Sequence record: NZ_CP035507.1
DNA length: 64,000 nt
Reading direction: 5' to 3' (one strand)
DNA from: a plasmid
Positions 18,236 to 27,987 of the stretch are shown one piece after another. Below the pieces are notes generated by a model, which worked only from the letters and a program-made list of their open reading frames with translations, did not search any database and had not been told where the DNA came from. Made by a program: the position numbers and the translations under genes. Position 1 is the stretch's first letter. Each line of letters begins with the position of its first letter.

Positions 18236-18847
18236 TCAGACCTTCCGGAAGAGCGAGAAGTGGAACCGCTGCACGCTGTCCCACGGCGTGCGGTGTTCGT
18301 GGCCCAGCGATCGGACGAGCCGGTATCCGCTGCCCAGCCGTTCCGAAAGCAGGGCCGCGTCAAAGCGCGCGACCGGCAGGCCGCTGCATTGCGTCGGGCC
18401 GTCGGGCGCGAAGGTTCCGATGATGGCGTGGCCGCCGGGGAGCAGGGCGCGATCCATGACCCGCAGATAGGCGTCCTGGTCGGCGGCCCCCGTCAGGAAG
18501 TGGAACGCGGCCCGATCATGCCAGACGTCGAAGCGGACGGTAGGCTGCCAGTGCAGGATGTTCGCCACCACCCATTCGACCGGCGCATCCTGAGGCAGTC
18601 GCGAGCGGGCTTTCGCAAGAGCGGTGTCTGAGAGGTCGAGCATAGTTATCCCGCGGAACCCCTGTTCCAGCAGGCAGTCCACCAGCCGAGAGGATCCCGC
18701 GCCGACATCGACGATGGCCGCGTCCTTGCCCACGCCCGTCGCGGCGATGAGATCGAGCGAGACCTGCGGCCGGTCCTCGAACCAGCTTGTCTCGGCCTCC
18801 TCCTTGCTCTGGTAGACGCCTTCCCAGCGGTTCGGTGTTTCGGCCAT
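18236..18847 (-). CDS. class I SAM-dependent methyltransferase (TPMT/TehB-like)
   Basis: Motif I VDVGAGSS. 203 aa. Confidence 0.65.
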   Translation of the reverse strand: MAETPNRWEGVYQSKEEAETSWFEDRPQVSLDLIAATGVGKDAAIVDVGAGSSRLVDCLLEQGFRGITMLDLSDTALAKARSRLPQDAPVEWVVANILHWQPTVRFDVWHDRAAFHFLTGAADQDAYLRVMDRALLPGGHAIIGTFAPDGPTQCSGLPVARFDAALLSERLGSGYRLVRSLGHEHRTPWDSVQRFHFSLFRKV

Positions 18848-18857
18848 CGTCAGGCCC

Positions 18858-21224
18858 TCACAACTCGATCCGCCTGAGCCGCAGCGCGTTGGTGATCACC
18901 GAGACGGAGGACAAGCTCATCGCCGCCGCTGCGATCATGGGCGACAGCAACATCCCAGTGAGGGGGTAAAGCAGCCCGGCCGCGACCGGCACCCCGAGCG
19001 TGTTGTAGGCGAAGGCAAAGAACAGGTTCTGCTTGATGTTGCGCAGGGTGGCGCGGGCGAGCTTGCGGGCCCGGACGATGCCCATGAGGTCGCCACCCAG
19101 CAGGGTAATCCCGGCGCTTTCCATCGCCACATCCGCGCCGGTGCCCATGGCGATGCCGACATCGGCGGCGGCCAGCGCGGGCGCGTCGTTCACCCCGTCG
19201 CCCGCCATGGCGATCTTGTGGCCATCGCGGCGCAACTGCTCAATCAGGTCCTTCTTGCCCTCGGGCAGGATGCCCGCGCGCACCTCGTCGATGCCGAGCT
19301 TGCCCGCCACCGCCTGCGCCGTGCGCTCGTTGTCGCCCGTCGCCATGAGCACCCGCAGCCCCTGGGCATGAAGTTCCCTGATGGCCTGGGCGGTGGAGTC
19401 CTTGATCGGGTCGGCTACCGCCACAATCCCGGCAAGCGCGCCATCGACCGCGACGAACATCGCCGTCTTCCCCTCGGCCCGCAGCGTGTCCGCCTTCACC
19501 TCGGCCGCACCCGTGTCCAGCCCCATCTCCCGCATCATCGCGGAATTGCCGAGCGCCACCGAGCGTCCGCCGACCTTACCGCGCACGCCCTTGCCGGTGA
19601 CCGCCTCGAAGTCGGCTGCATCCTGACGCGACGCACCCTGCGCCTCGGCGCCCTCGACGATCGCCTCGGCGAGCGGGTGTTCCGAACCGCGTTCCAGCGC
19701 GGTGGCCAACGACAGCAGCTCTGTCTGCGGCAGGTCCGCAAGCACCACGGTATCCGTCAGCTTCGGCTTGCCCATGGTCAGCGTGCCGGTCTTGTCCACG
19801 ATCAGGGTATCGGCGCCCGCCATGCGCTCCAGAGCCTCAGCGTCCTTGATCAACACACCCGCCTGTGCCCCGCGCCCGGCCGCCGTTGTGATCGAGATCG
19901 GCGTCGCCAGTCCCAGCGCGCAGGGACAGGCGATGATGAGGACCGACACGGCCGAGGCGATGGCGAAGACCAGCGCGGGTTCCGGGCCCACGGTCAGCCA
20001 GACGACGAAGGCGACGATGGCGATGACCACCACGGTTGGCACGAACACCGCCGACACGCGGTCGGCCATGCCCTGGATCGGCGCGCGCGACCGGCGCGCG
20101 TTCGCCACCATCGCCACGATCTGTGCGAGCACAGTGTCGGACCCGACCTTGCCCGCCTCGATCACGAGAGAGCCGTTCTTGTTGATCGTGGCCCCGGTCA
20201 CCGCATCGCCCGGGCCTTTCTCGACCGGCATCGACTCGCCGGTCAGCATGCTCTCGTCCAGTGCCGATCGCCCCTCTATTACCGTCCCGTCGACCGGGAC
20301 CGCATCGCCGGGGCGGACGCGCAGCCTGTCGCCTGCCATGATGTTTTCCAGCGGCGCGTCGTATTCGGTACCGTCCGGCAAGATGCGCCGCGCGGTCTTG
20401 GGCGCGAGGTCCAGAAGGGCGCGGATCGCGTCGCCGGTTCGTTCTCGCGCGCGCAGCTCTAGCACCTGGCCCACGAAGACCAGCGCCACGATCACCACTG
20501 CCGCCTCGTAGTAGGTGCCGACCCCGTGGCCCATCCGGTAGGCGTCCGGGAACACGCCGGGCAGGAAGGTCGCGACCAGCGAATAGAGATACGCCGCGCC
20601 CACCCCGAGGCTGATCAGCGTCCACATGTTGGGCGACCTGTTCACAACCGACTCCCAGCCGCGCCGGAAGAACGGCAGCGCCGCCCAGAGGATGATCGGC
20701 GTCGCCAGCACGAACTCGAGATAGCTGGCCGTCTGGTGGCCGACCCAGTCACGCACCGGCAGCGCCACCAGCTCGCCCATCGTCAGAATGATGAGCGGCA
20801 CCGCCGCGGCGGCCGAGATCCACATCCGCCGCGTGAAGTCTGTCAGTTCCTCGCTCGGCTCGTCCGAGGGGACCATCGGCTCCAGCGCCATGCCGCAGAT
20901 CGGGCAGGCTCCCGGCGCATCTCGGACGATCTCCGGATGCATCGGGCAGGTGTACTGGACGTTAACCGGGGCGGCCTTCTTGCGGCCAGCGGCGCGGCCC
21001 GAGGCGTAGAACCACGGATCGGCCCTGAACTTCGTCTGGCACTTGCCCGAGCAGAAATGGAAGTCCTTGCCGCCGAAGTTCTCGGTCCGAATGTCCGGCT
21101 TCAGGGTCACCGTCATGCCGCAGACGGGGTCGATGTCCGTCGGGCCGGTTGCAGGCGCATCGTGTTGCGTCGGCATTTCGTCGTCGGTGCGGACGTGGCT
21201 TGCGTGGGGATCGACGGTGGACAT
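18858..21224 (-). CDS. copA: Cu+-translocating P1B-type ATPase CopA
   Basis: Start MSTVD with SD gaaaggagaacgtc. Motifs CPC ([13 protein letters not shown]), [18 protein letters not shown]-terminal YHS/TRASH (VCGM...HFCSGKC) and CPMHP...CPICGM metal-binding modules. Confidence 0.9.
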   Translation of the reverse strand: MSTVDPHASHVRTDDEMPTQHDAPATGPTDIDPVCGMTVTLKPDIRTENFGGKDFHFCSGKCQTKFRADPWFYASGRAAGRKKAAPVNVQYTCPMHPEIVRDAPGACPICGMALEPMVPSDEPSEELTDFTRRMWISAAAAVPLIILTMGELVALPVRDWVGHQTASYLEFVLATPIILWAALPFFRRGWESVVNRSPNMWTLISLGVGAAYLYSLVATFLPGVFPDAYRMGHGVGTYYEAAVVIVALVFVGQVLELRARERTGDAIRALLDLAPKTARRILPDGTEYDAPLENIMAGDRLRVRPGDAVPVDGTVIEGRSALDESMLTGESMPVEKGPGDAVTGATINKNGSLVIEAGKVGSDTVLAQIVAMVANARRSRAPIQGMADRVSAVFVPTVVVIAIVAFVVWLTVGPEPALVFAIASAVSVLIIACPCALGLATPISITTAAGRGAQAGVLIKDAEALERMAGADTLIVDKTGTLTMGKPKLTDTVVLADLPQTELLSLATALERGSEHPLAEAIVEGAEAQGASRQDAADFEAVTGKGVRGKVGGRSVALGNSAMMREMGLDTGAAEVKADTLRAEGKTAMFVAVDGALAGIVAVADPIKDSTAQAIRELHAQGLRVLMATGDNERTAQAVAGKLGIDEVRAGILPEGKKDLIEQLRRDGHKIAMAGDGVNDAPALAAADVGIAMGTGADVAMESAGITLLGGDLMGIVRARKLARATLRNIKQNLFFAFAYNTLGVPVAAGLLYPLTGMLLSPMIAAAAMSLSSVSVITNALRLRRIEL

Positions 21225-21284
21225 GACGTTCTCCTTTCGCGGACCGTGCCGCGCGAAGGCCAAGGCATGGCCTTCGATGCCAAT

Positions 21285-21316
21285 GTGGACCTTCCCGCGA
21301 CTGGAAGGTCAAGGCC
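21285..21316 (-). promoter_or_regulatory. CueR-box promoter upstream of copA
   Basis: The minus strand reads TTGACC-TTCCAGTCGCGGGAAGG: a -35 element followed by a perfect CCTTCC-N7-GGAAGG dyad, ~60-90 nt upstream of the copA start. Confidence 0.6.
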
Positions 21317-21425
21317 AGATGAGACCTGACCCCGAGCATTGCGCGACGAAGCTGATGGGCTATCGTCTGATGGCCCCGCTATCGTAACGCATACGCACGA
21401 TTGCGGCTCGGAAAGGTTTTCTCTG

Positions 21426-22127
21426 ATGAGTCGTCTGTCGCATTCAGAAATCCACATGGTGCATCGCATCGGCTGGTTGCGGGCTGCCGTTCTCGGGGCG
21501 AATGACGGCCTCGTCTCAACTGCGAGCCTGGTCGTAGGGGTCGCCGCGGCCGGATCTGGTCGTCCCGAAATCCTGATCGCCGGACTTGCCGGCCTCGTCG
21601 CCGGAGCGATGTCGATGGCTGCCGGCGAATACGTCTCTGTCAGTTCGCAGACCGATGCGGAACAGGCCGACATCGCCCGCGAGACGCGCGAGCTGAAGAA
21701 TACGCCCAAGGCCGAGCTCGACGAGCTCACACGTATCTATGTCGGGCGCGGGCTTGACGAAGGTCTCGCACGGCAGGTCGCGCTTCAGCTGACCGAGAAG
21801 GACGCGCTTGGCGCCCATTCGCGTGACGAGTTGGGCATCTCGGAAACTGTGACTGCGCATCCGATCCAGGCCGCCCTCGTTTCGGCGGCAACCTTCGCCG
21901 TCGGCGCGGTCGTTCCCCTTATCATCTCGGCCCTCGTGCCTGCCGCTCAGATAACTCTCATCGTCGCGGTCACTACTTTGATCGCGCTGTCGGTGCTGGG
22001 CGGGCTCGGTGCCTCAGCCGGCGGTGCGGGGATCGTCAAGGGAGCCGTCCGCGTCACCTTCTGGGGCGCGCTCGCCATGGCAGCGACAGCAGCAGTCGGT
22101 ATGCTCTTCGGCGTGACGGTCGGGTAG
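21426..22127 (+). CDS. VIT1/CCC1-family (vacuolar iron transporter-like) Fe/Mn transporter
   Basis: Start MSRLSH. VIT motif GANDGLVSTASLVVGV. Five TM helices. Confidence 0.65.
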   Translation: MSRLSHSEIHMVHRIGWLRAAVLGANDGLVSTASLVVGVAAAGSGRPEILIAGLAGLVAGAMSMAAGEYVSVSSQTDAEQADIARETRELKNTPKAELDELTRIYVGRGLDEGLARQVALQLTEKDALGAHSRDELGISETVTAHPIQAALVSAATFAVGAVVPLIISALVPAAQITLIVAVTTLIALSVLGGLGASAGGAGIVKGAVRVTFWGALAMAATAAVGMLFGVTVG

Positions 22128-22207
22128 AGGATGTCGTGAGAAGAACTGTCGGCCTTGATGATGCGCTCTTGCACCGCATCCGGTTCCTAATGCCAGGGGC
22201 GCAGACA

Positions 22208-22760
22208 TGGCCGCCTGAGCCCTGACAAGGCGTGAGAGGCCTGCCAACCGGCGGGCCTCTCACCTACCACACCCTCGTCCCGCGATGCCGCGGGGCACCA
22301 AGGATCCATCCCCCAAGACGGAGGTATTCAACCAAGAGCCTGCCCAGGAGGCTGGCGGCGTTCGAAGCATCAGCCGGACAACCGGCTCCAGTCTTCAGGG
22401 CACCATCCCCCGCTCGCCATTCCCTTCCTTGCCCCGAATCCCGCCTTCGAGATCAACCCGCGAGGGGTCGGACTACGGGCAAGCCCGTGCCGCCGGGTGG
22501 ATTCGGGCGAGCCGAACGCACCCGGTGATGTCAGCCAGTCTTCGGGCCTGCGGGGTCCTGTCGCGCGGGGGATGGTCCCCCGCCTCCAAGACAGGAGCCA
22601 AACAGATGTCCCGCAAAGATGCTTACGCTTTCGCCGCCTCCCTTGCCGCCACGCTCATGGTCTCGATCGTCGTCTTCCAGGCAGGCGATGGTACCTTCGG
22701 CGCCGTCCCCGCTGATGAAATCGACGGCGACGAGGTTCAAGTGATCGCTGAGGTCGACCC
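22208..22760. repeat. direct repeat R1, copy B
   Basis: Same architecture as R1-A. The hairpin at 22232-22263 carries a compensatory G-C to A-T pair change. Confidence 0.85.
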
Positions 22761-22770
22761 GTGGGCATAA
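22606..22770 (+). CDS. conserved small protein, paralog of 6939..7103 (R1-B)
   Basis: Same SD and leader. 54 aa. Mostly synonymous differences from copy A. Confidence 0.6.
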   Translation: MSRKDAYAFAASLAATLMVSIVVFQAGDGTFGAVPADEIDGDEVQVIAEVDPWA

Positions 22771-22917
22771 GGCCCACGGTTTGTCCCGAGAGCTCGGCAT
22801 CGGGGCAGGGTCCCCGATCCGGTCCGTTCGGCTTTCAGACCTCTCGGTGGCCCGGAAATCTGAGCCGACGCGGAGGTCGGCACGACTGCCCAAGGAGCCG
22901 AACGCCCGGTGTCGAGT

Positions 22918-24012
22918 TTACGGTCCGCCCGAAACTTCGAGGAAGAGTTTCACCAGGGCGACGTTGATGAAGTAGTTGTGCTTTCCAGAGCGATGCTTTT
23001 CGACAAAGCCCTGCTCAGCCAAAGTATCGAGATACTTCGCGGCCGTCTGCCGACTGACATCCAGATCGTTTTGCAGATATTCGATCCGGGTGTAGGGATG
23101 GCGAAACAAGTTGTTCAGAAGTTCCTGGCTGTAAATCTTCGGCAAGTCTTCACGTAGCCGATGCTTCACGTCCGCCATTTGCTGTCGGATGCCGGTGACG
23201 ATCTCGACTGTTGTGGCAGAAGTCTCTGCAACGGCCTCCAGCATGTAGATGACCCAGGGTTCCCAATCGCCCGTGTCGCGCACCGCCTGAAGGTGCCTGT
23301 AGTAGTCCGCTTTGTTACGGGTGATGAACCGCGACAGGTAGAGCACCGGGATGTCGAGCAACCCCGTTCTGGTCAGATAAAGTACGTTGAGGATGCGCCC
23401 GATACGTCCGTTCCCATCCGGAAACGGGTGGATGCTTTCGAACTGATGATGGATCAAAGCCATCTTGATGAGCGGATCGAGATCGCTGAGTTCATCGTCG
23501 TTGATGAACCGTTCGAGCGCTGTCATGTGGCGGACAATTTCATGCGCATCCTGGGGGGGAACGAAGACGATCTCCCCTGTTTGCTCGTTCTTGAGCGCGG
23601 TGCCCGGTGTCACGCGAAATCCGTCACTGCGGCCCTTCAGCAAGCGGAACATGTCGATGAGCGCCGAATTCGGGATGAGGCCGCCGGTTTCGCCCAAACG
23701 TGCGTATCCAAGACGCAAGGCGTCGCGATACAGCGCTACTTCTTTGGCCGCCGGGGACTGCGGATCGTCAGGGAAAACATCCGCCTGAAACAGTTCATCC
23801 TGCGTAGTGACGATGTTTTCGACTTCCGACGAAGCTTTGGCTTCCTGAAGAGCCAGCGTGTCGATCAGGATGCCTTGGTTCGGAATGGTCTTGGCCTGAC
23901 CCTTCAGATCCGCAAGCGCGCGGCTGGCGCGAGCGAGCGCCTTCAGGACCGGAACGGTTTCGATCTCGGCCGGGGGTGGCAGGGCGGGAATGGCGTAGGT
24001 CGGCTTTAACAT
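22918..24012 (-). CDS. Fic-family protein (AMPylase/Doc fold) with C-terminal wHTH
   Basis: Fic motif HPFPDGNGRIGR. 364 aa. Confidence 0.85.
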   Translation of the reverse strand: MLKPTYAIPALPPPAEIETVPVLKALARASRALADLKGQAKTIPNQGILIDTLALQEAKASSEVENIVTTQDELFQADVFPDDPQSPAAKEVALYRDALRLGYARLGETGGLIPNSALIDMFRLLKGRSDGFRVTPGTALKNEQTGEIVFVPPQDAHEIVRHMTALERFINDDELSDLDPLIKMALIHHQFESIHPFPDGNGRIGRILNVLYLTRTGLLDIPVLYLSRFITRNKADYYRHLQAVRDTGDWEPWVIYMLEAVAETSATTVEIVTGIRQQMADVKHRLREDLPKIYSQELLNNLFRHPYTRIEYLQNDLDVSRQTAAKYLDTLAEQGFVEKHRSGKHNYFINVALVKLFLEVSGGP

Positions 24013-24131
24013 GTGCTCCGCGTTGTGTTAAGAAATCATCGTTTTTGTAACATGATCGAACGGTCGTGTCAGCAAAAACCGCTTTCCTTAACTTGGGCCA
24101 TGCTTCGCCCGGGCGGGGTCACCCAACTCCG

Positions 24132-24449
24132 TCAGACCGCCAGAGCGCTCGGGTCCTTGCCGGCGTTGATGTGGTCTGCTAACCACTGCGGTTTCCGGGC
24201 TCGGCCAGACCAGGTGATGCCTGCGTTCTCAGGGTGACGGTATTTCGCCACGGCTGGTGCACGGGTCTTCTTCACCTCAATACCGATCAGTTCGGCAAGG
24301 GAGTAGCCCATCTCCTTGGCGACGGCTTCCAGCTTGGTGCGGGCTTCGGCCTTGTGACGGTCCTCATAGGTGGAAATCGCTTTGGCGAGGTCCTTCTGCA
24401 ATTGCCGCAGTTCCTTGAGCGACATCGCTTCGAGATTGAAATCAGCCAT
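24132..24449 (-). CDS. H-NS-family nucleoid-associated protein (copy 2)
   Basis: TWSGRARKPQW motif. The N-terminal 60 aa are almost identical to copy 1. Confidence 0.7.
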   Translation of the reverse strand: MADFNLEAMSLKELRQLQKDLAKAISTYEDRHKAEARTKLEAVAKEMGYSLAELIGIEVKKTRAPAVAKYRHPENAGITWSGRARKPQWLADHINAGKDPSALAV

Positions 24450-24722
24450 TGGGCCCTCGTGTCCTGAATGATGCGTCCGGGATAGCCGTCAGGTTGCAGC
24501 ATCGCAACTCCCGTGGAGGTCACCGCAATAGGGCAGGGGGATGAGGTTGGCTTGAGTCGCCGGGTCGATGCTCTCGAAAGGGCTTCAACCCCGTTACCTT
24601 GGCCAGGAAGGTCGAGTTCTGCGAGAGCCCCAGGTCGCCCCTATCCCCGGTGCCATCCCTTCGACTGACAATCCCCTAAGCCTGTTCGGCCTCTGGCGCG
24701 CAACCCCGCGTCAGTCCGGGCC
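24210..24722. repeat. direct repeat R2, copy B
   Basis: See R2 copy A (14250-14762). Confidence 0.8.
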
Positions 24723-24871
24723 GTGTTGCCCTTTCAGGGCTGCCCGCTCCACCCCGGCCCTCTGGAGGTTTCCGGTCGACGTTCCTTCTCCCGTGCACGC
24801 CTCAGCCGACAGGCTTTTTCCGGGTCTTGTCGAAGGGACGGTCCCAGGGACAGGAAAAACAGGAGCTTACC

Positions 24872-25276
24872 ATGCAGAACATCGTCATCCTCGCCGGCAA
24901 CATCGGTCAGAAGCCCGAAGTGCGCTCGACCCAAAGCGGCACGAAGATCACCAACTTCACCCTGGCCACCTCGCGGCCGCGCCTCTCGGAAGGTCGCGTG
25001 ATGCGCGACGAGAACGGCTACCGGGTCATGGACACCGAATGGCACCGCATCACCTGCTTCAACGGTCTCGGCAAGACCGTCGCAGAACACTGCGAAAAGG
25101 GCATGAAGGTCCTCGTCCACGGGCGCATCCACTACACCAAGTGGACCGACGCAACGGGCACTGACCGCTATGGCTGCGAGATCATCGCCGAGAAGGTCGA
25201 CTTCCTGAGCCGCCCGAAGTCGGCCGAGAACGAAAACCCCGAGCTGGTCGATCGAGACGACGAGATTCCGTTCTGA
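24872..25276 (+). CDS. ssb: single-stranded DNA-binding protein
   Basis: OB-fold N-terminus (MQNIVILAGNIGQKPEVR). Acidic C-terminal tail DDEIPF. SD caggag. Confidence 0.85.
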   Translation: MQNIVILAGNIGQKPEVRSTQSGTKITNFTLATSRPRLSEGRVMRDENGYRVMDTEWHRITCFNGLGKTVAEHCEKGMKVLVHGRIHYTKWTDATGTDRYGCEIIAEKVDFLSRPKSAENENPELVDRDDEIPF

Positions 25277-25298
25277 GGATCGGGGTCTCCCCCTTGGG

Positions 25299-25320
25299 CC
25301 CGGCGGGGAAACCCGCCGGG
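25299..25320. terminator. bidirectional hairpin between the convergent ssb and esterase genes
   Basis: ccggcgggg-gaaa-cccgccgg, a 9-bp GC stem. Confidence 0.45.
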
Positions 25321-25329
25321 TTCATTTCA

Positions 25330-26523
25330 TTAAGCTGCGGCCTTGATCGCGTTGCGGTAGACGGCCGTTTCGAAGTCCACATAGCCCCCGACCGACGCCG
25401 GGTCGGCAAAGGGCAGGATCTGCGTGGCCCAGAAGCCGCCAATGCCATTCTTGCGGTCGATCCAGTAGTAGAGATTGGCCAGCCCCGCCCACGCCAGCGC
25501 GCCTGCGGGGCGGCCGGTCGGGGCGTCTTCCTCGTTCACCATAAAGGTCAGCGCCCAGGATTTCGGCATGCCGGGGAAGAACTCGGCATAGTTCGACAGG
25601 CTAGGGATGACGCCGGGCAAGCCCTTGATCTTCAACTCGCCAAGGCCGTTCTTTTCAGCCATCGCAACGGTTTCAGGTTTCAGGACGCGGCCGTTTGGGC
25701 CGTTGCCGTCGTTCAGCCACATGCGGATGAACTTGGCGTAGTCGAGCGCCGTCGAATACAAGCCGTGCCCGCCCATGTCGATCTCGGGCGGCTGCGGCAG
25801 GGTCCAGTCCACCAGCGGCGACAGCACCCCTGCGGCATCGCGCTGGTGCATGGTTGCCATACGCGCCCGCATGTCGGGGCGCATCGCAAAGGCGCTGTCG
25901 GTCATGCCCAGCCTGTCGAACACGCGGTCCTGCATGGCGACACCCAGACGTTGGCCGAGGATACCTTCGACGACCTGTCCCGCCCAGTCGATGTTCGATC
26001 CATATTCCCAGTCTTCGCCGGGATCGAACAGGATGGGCGTGGTGATCGCCGCGCGCGATGCCGTCACGACCGACGGCTGCCCGTGGTCGGTGGCCAACCG
26101 ATTGTAGGTTTCGTTGAAGAAGTCATAGGCAAACCCGGCCGTGTGCAACAGCAACATGCGCGTGGTGATTTCGCGCTTGGGCGGGCGGAAGGTCGGATTG
26201 CCCGACGCGTCGAACCCGGTGATGACCTGGCATTTGGCGATTTCGGGGGCATAGGTGCTGGCCGGCGCGTCAAGGTCCAGCTTGCCCTCTTCGACCAGTT
26301 GCAGGCACACGGTGCCGGTGATGGCCTTGGTGGTGGAAAAGATGGCGCAGACCGAGTCAGTCGTCATGTCAACCGATCCGTCGAGTTGCCGTTTCCCGGC
26401 GGCGCCTTCATAGATGTTGCCCTTTGCGTCTGTCGCAACGGCAACCACGCCGGGAACGCCGGGTGTGCCGGAAACCGCCCGCGCCAGAACCGCGTCAGCG
26501 GCTGATTTCAGCGATGTGTTCAT
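25330..26523 (-). CDS. beta-lactamase-family serine hydrolase/esterase
   Basis: S-x-x-K motif ([10 protein letters not shown]). Start chosen at MNTSLK, which has better SD spacing (gggagga). The track ORF extends further 5'. Confidence 0.65.
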   Translation of the reverse strand: MNTSLKSAADAVLARAVSGTPGVPGVVAVATDAKGNIYEGAAGKRQLDGSVDMTTDSVCAIFSTTKAITGTVCLQLVEEGKLDLDAPASTYAPEIAKCQVITGFDASGNPTFRPPKREITTRMLLLHTAGFAYDFFNETYNRLATDHGQPSVVTASRAAITTPILFDPGEDWEYGSNIDWAGQVVEGILGQRLGVAMQDRVFDRLGMTDSAFAMRPDMRARMATMHQRDAAGVLSPLVDWTLPQPPEIDMGGHGLYSTALDYAKFIRMWLNDGNGPNGRVLKPETVAMAEKNGLGELKIKGLPGVIPSLSNYAEFFPGMPKSWALTFMVNEEDAPTGRPAGALAWAGLANLYYWIDRKNGIGGFWATQILPFADPASVGGYVDFETAVYRNAIKAAA

Positions 26524-26657
26524 GTTCATCCTCCCAAATGACCACTCCGCCATCATCTTCGCCGCCACGCTTTGGTCGGCTGCCGAGATGGCCGAGTGCG
26601 TTTGCCCGTCCTCCTCGACGGGATGCACCAGAATTAGGAAGGGAACGGCAGCCCGTC

Positions 26658-26690
26658 TGTCTGCCATCGGAAAGCCCTGTCTGCCATCGG
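26658..26690. promoter_or_regulatory. two 13-bp direct repeats TGTCTGCCATCGG spaced 20 bp apart between araC and the esterase gene (candidate AraC-family binding sites)
   Basis: Exact repeat seen in the sequence. AraC/XylS activators bind direct repeats about 21 bp apart. Confidence 0.4.
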
Positions 26691-26697
26691 CAGATAT

Positions 26698-27711
26698 TCA
26701 GCGACGCAGGGTATCGGAAGGACGTTCCCCGAACCGCGCCTTGTAGGCTTTGGCGAATTCACCAAGCGAAATGTAGCCCCAGCGATACGCAACCATCGAG
26801 ACGGTTTTCCCTGCCTCGGACGAAATCAGGTCGCGCCGCACGCCTTGCAGCCGCTGTTCGCGCAGAAAGTCTGACGGTGCATAGTTGCGAAACTTGCGAA
26901 AGGCCGCCGTCAGGCTGCGGATTGACGTGCCGGCCGCCGCGGCGACCTCGCCCATGGTTGGCAGGCTGGCCGCGTGATCGGTCATGTATTGCTCGGCCAA
27001 ACGCACAGTCTTTGGTGCGAGGGTCTGGGCCGGATCGTCCAGACCAAGCCCGGCCCTTGCGGCCCATTCGTTCAGCAGATGGATGCAGATCGTCTGTTCC
27101 AGATGCCGCCCGGCCCGGTCATGCGCCAGGCGGTCCGGCGCTTCGGCAAGGCAGGCCACGACATAGTGCATCAATGCCAGCCAACTGGAATTCTCGCCGC
27201 CGATCCGGCACTTGTGCTGCCAGAGTGCATCGCCGGGTACAAAGCCGAACCAGTCCTTGCAGACCTGTTCCAGCACCCGGTGGGGGATGGTCAGGTTCAG
27301 TTGCAGGTGGTCGGGATCGAAATCAACGTTGTAGTCGGTGCGGCTGCAATCCACCACGAACGACCCGCCGATCGGTGTTTCCACCGCGTTGTCGGTATCT
27401 ACCCAGTGCCGCGCGGTGCCCCCGATCGTCGTAAGCACCACGGCGTTTCCGGCATCCTGCGACCAGTCGCGGATGTTGACCGGGATGCCATAGGCAAAGC
27501 GCGTGACGGTGATCCGGCCGATCATCGCTGAGTGCATTGTGGAAAGCGGCCGGTCGAATTTGCCCGTCGGTGAAACGTCATAAGGCATGTAGACCTTGCT
27601 CGACCAATCCTTGATCTCATCCCAGTCATCGGAAAGCACCTTGTAATCCTGGTGGATCGGGTTTCCCTTGGCGTCCAGCAGCAAAGCGTTCCTGAGCATA
27701 CTGCTCCCCAT
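26698..27711 (-). CDS. AraC/XylS-family transcriptional regulator
   Basis: C-terminal double HTH (SIRSLTAAFRKFRNYAPSDFLREQRL...). N-terminal ligand domain. Confidence 0.8.
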   Translation of the reverse strand: MGSSMLRNALLLDAKGNPIHQDYKVLSDDWDEIKDWSSKVYMPYDVSPTGKFDRPLSTMHSAMIGRITVTRFAYGIPVNIRDWSQDAGNAVVLTTIGGTARHWVDTDNAVETPIGGSFVVDCSRTDYNVDFDPDHLQLNLTIPHRVLEQVCKDWFGFVPGDALWQHKCRIGGENSSWLALMHYVVACLAEAPDRLAHDRAGRHLEQTICIHLLNEWAARAGLGLDDPAQTLAPKTVRLAEQYMTDHAASLPTMGEVAAAAGTSIRSLTAAFRKFRNYAPSDFLREQRLQGVRRDLISSEAGKTVSMVAYRWGYISLGEFAKAYKARFGERPSDTLRR

Positions 27712-27987
27712 TCTACCTAAGACCCAAACCGCCCACTCAACTTCATTTTTCGTCCAATTGGCTTCGAAAGTCTATGATTACGCACCGCCGATGGGCAGTT
27801 GCGACGAAAGCATCTAGTGGCACACAGTGTGAAGGTTGGCGCCGGACAGCAAGCGCAGGAGTTTTCCATTTTGGCCATGAAACAAACGTTTGCGTCCTGC
27901 GTCTGAGAGTCCGAGTTTGACCGGTTTCCCGGTGACGGGTTGATGGTTGGGAGAGTGGCTCCCGGCGCCCGTCGCGGGAGATAACCG

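Noticed and set aside
19218-20625. Several 260-414-aa ORFs in other frames inside copA
   Set aside because: copA is unambiguous ([16 protein letters not shown]). The alternatives are compositional artefacts.
25294-26505. 403-aa plus-strand ORF antisense to the esterase gene
   Set aside because: Overlaps a gene carrying the S-x-x-K catalytic motif on the other strand.
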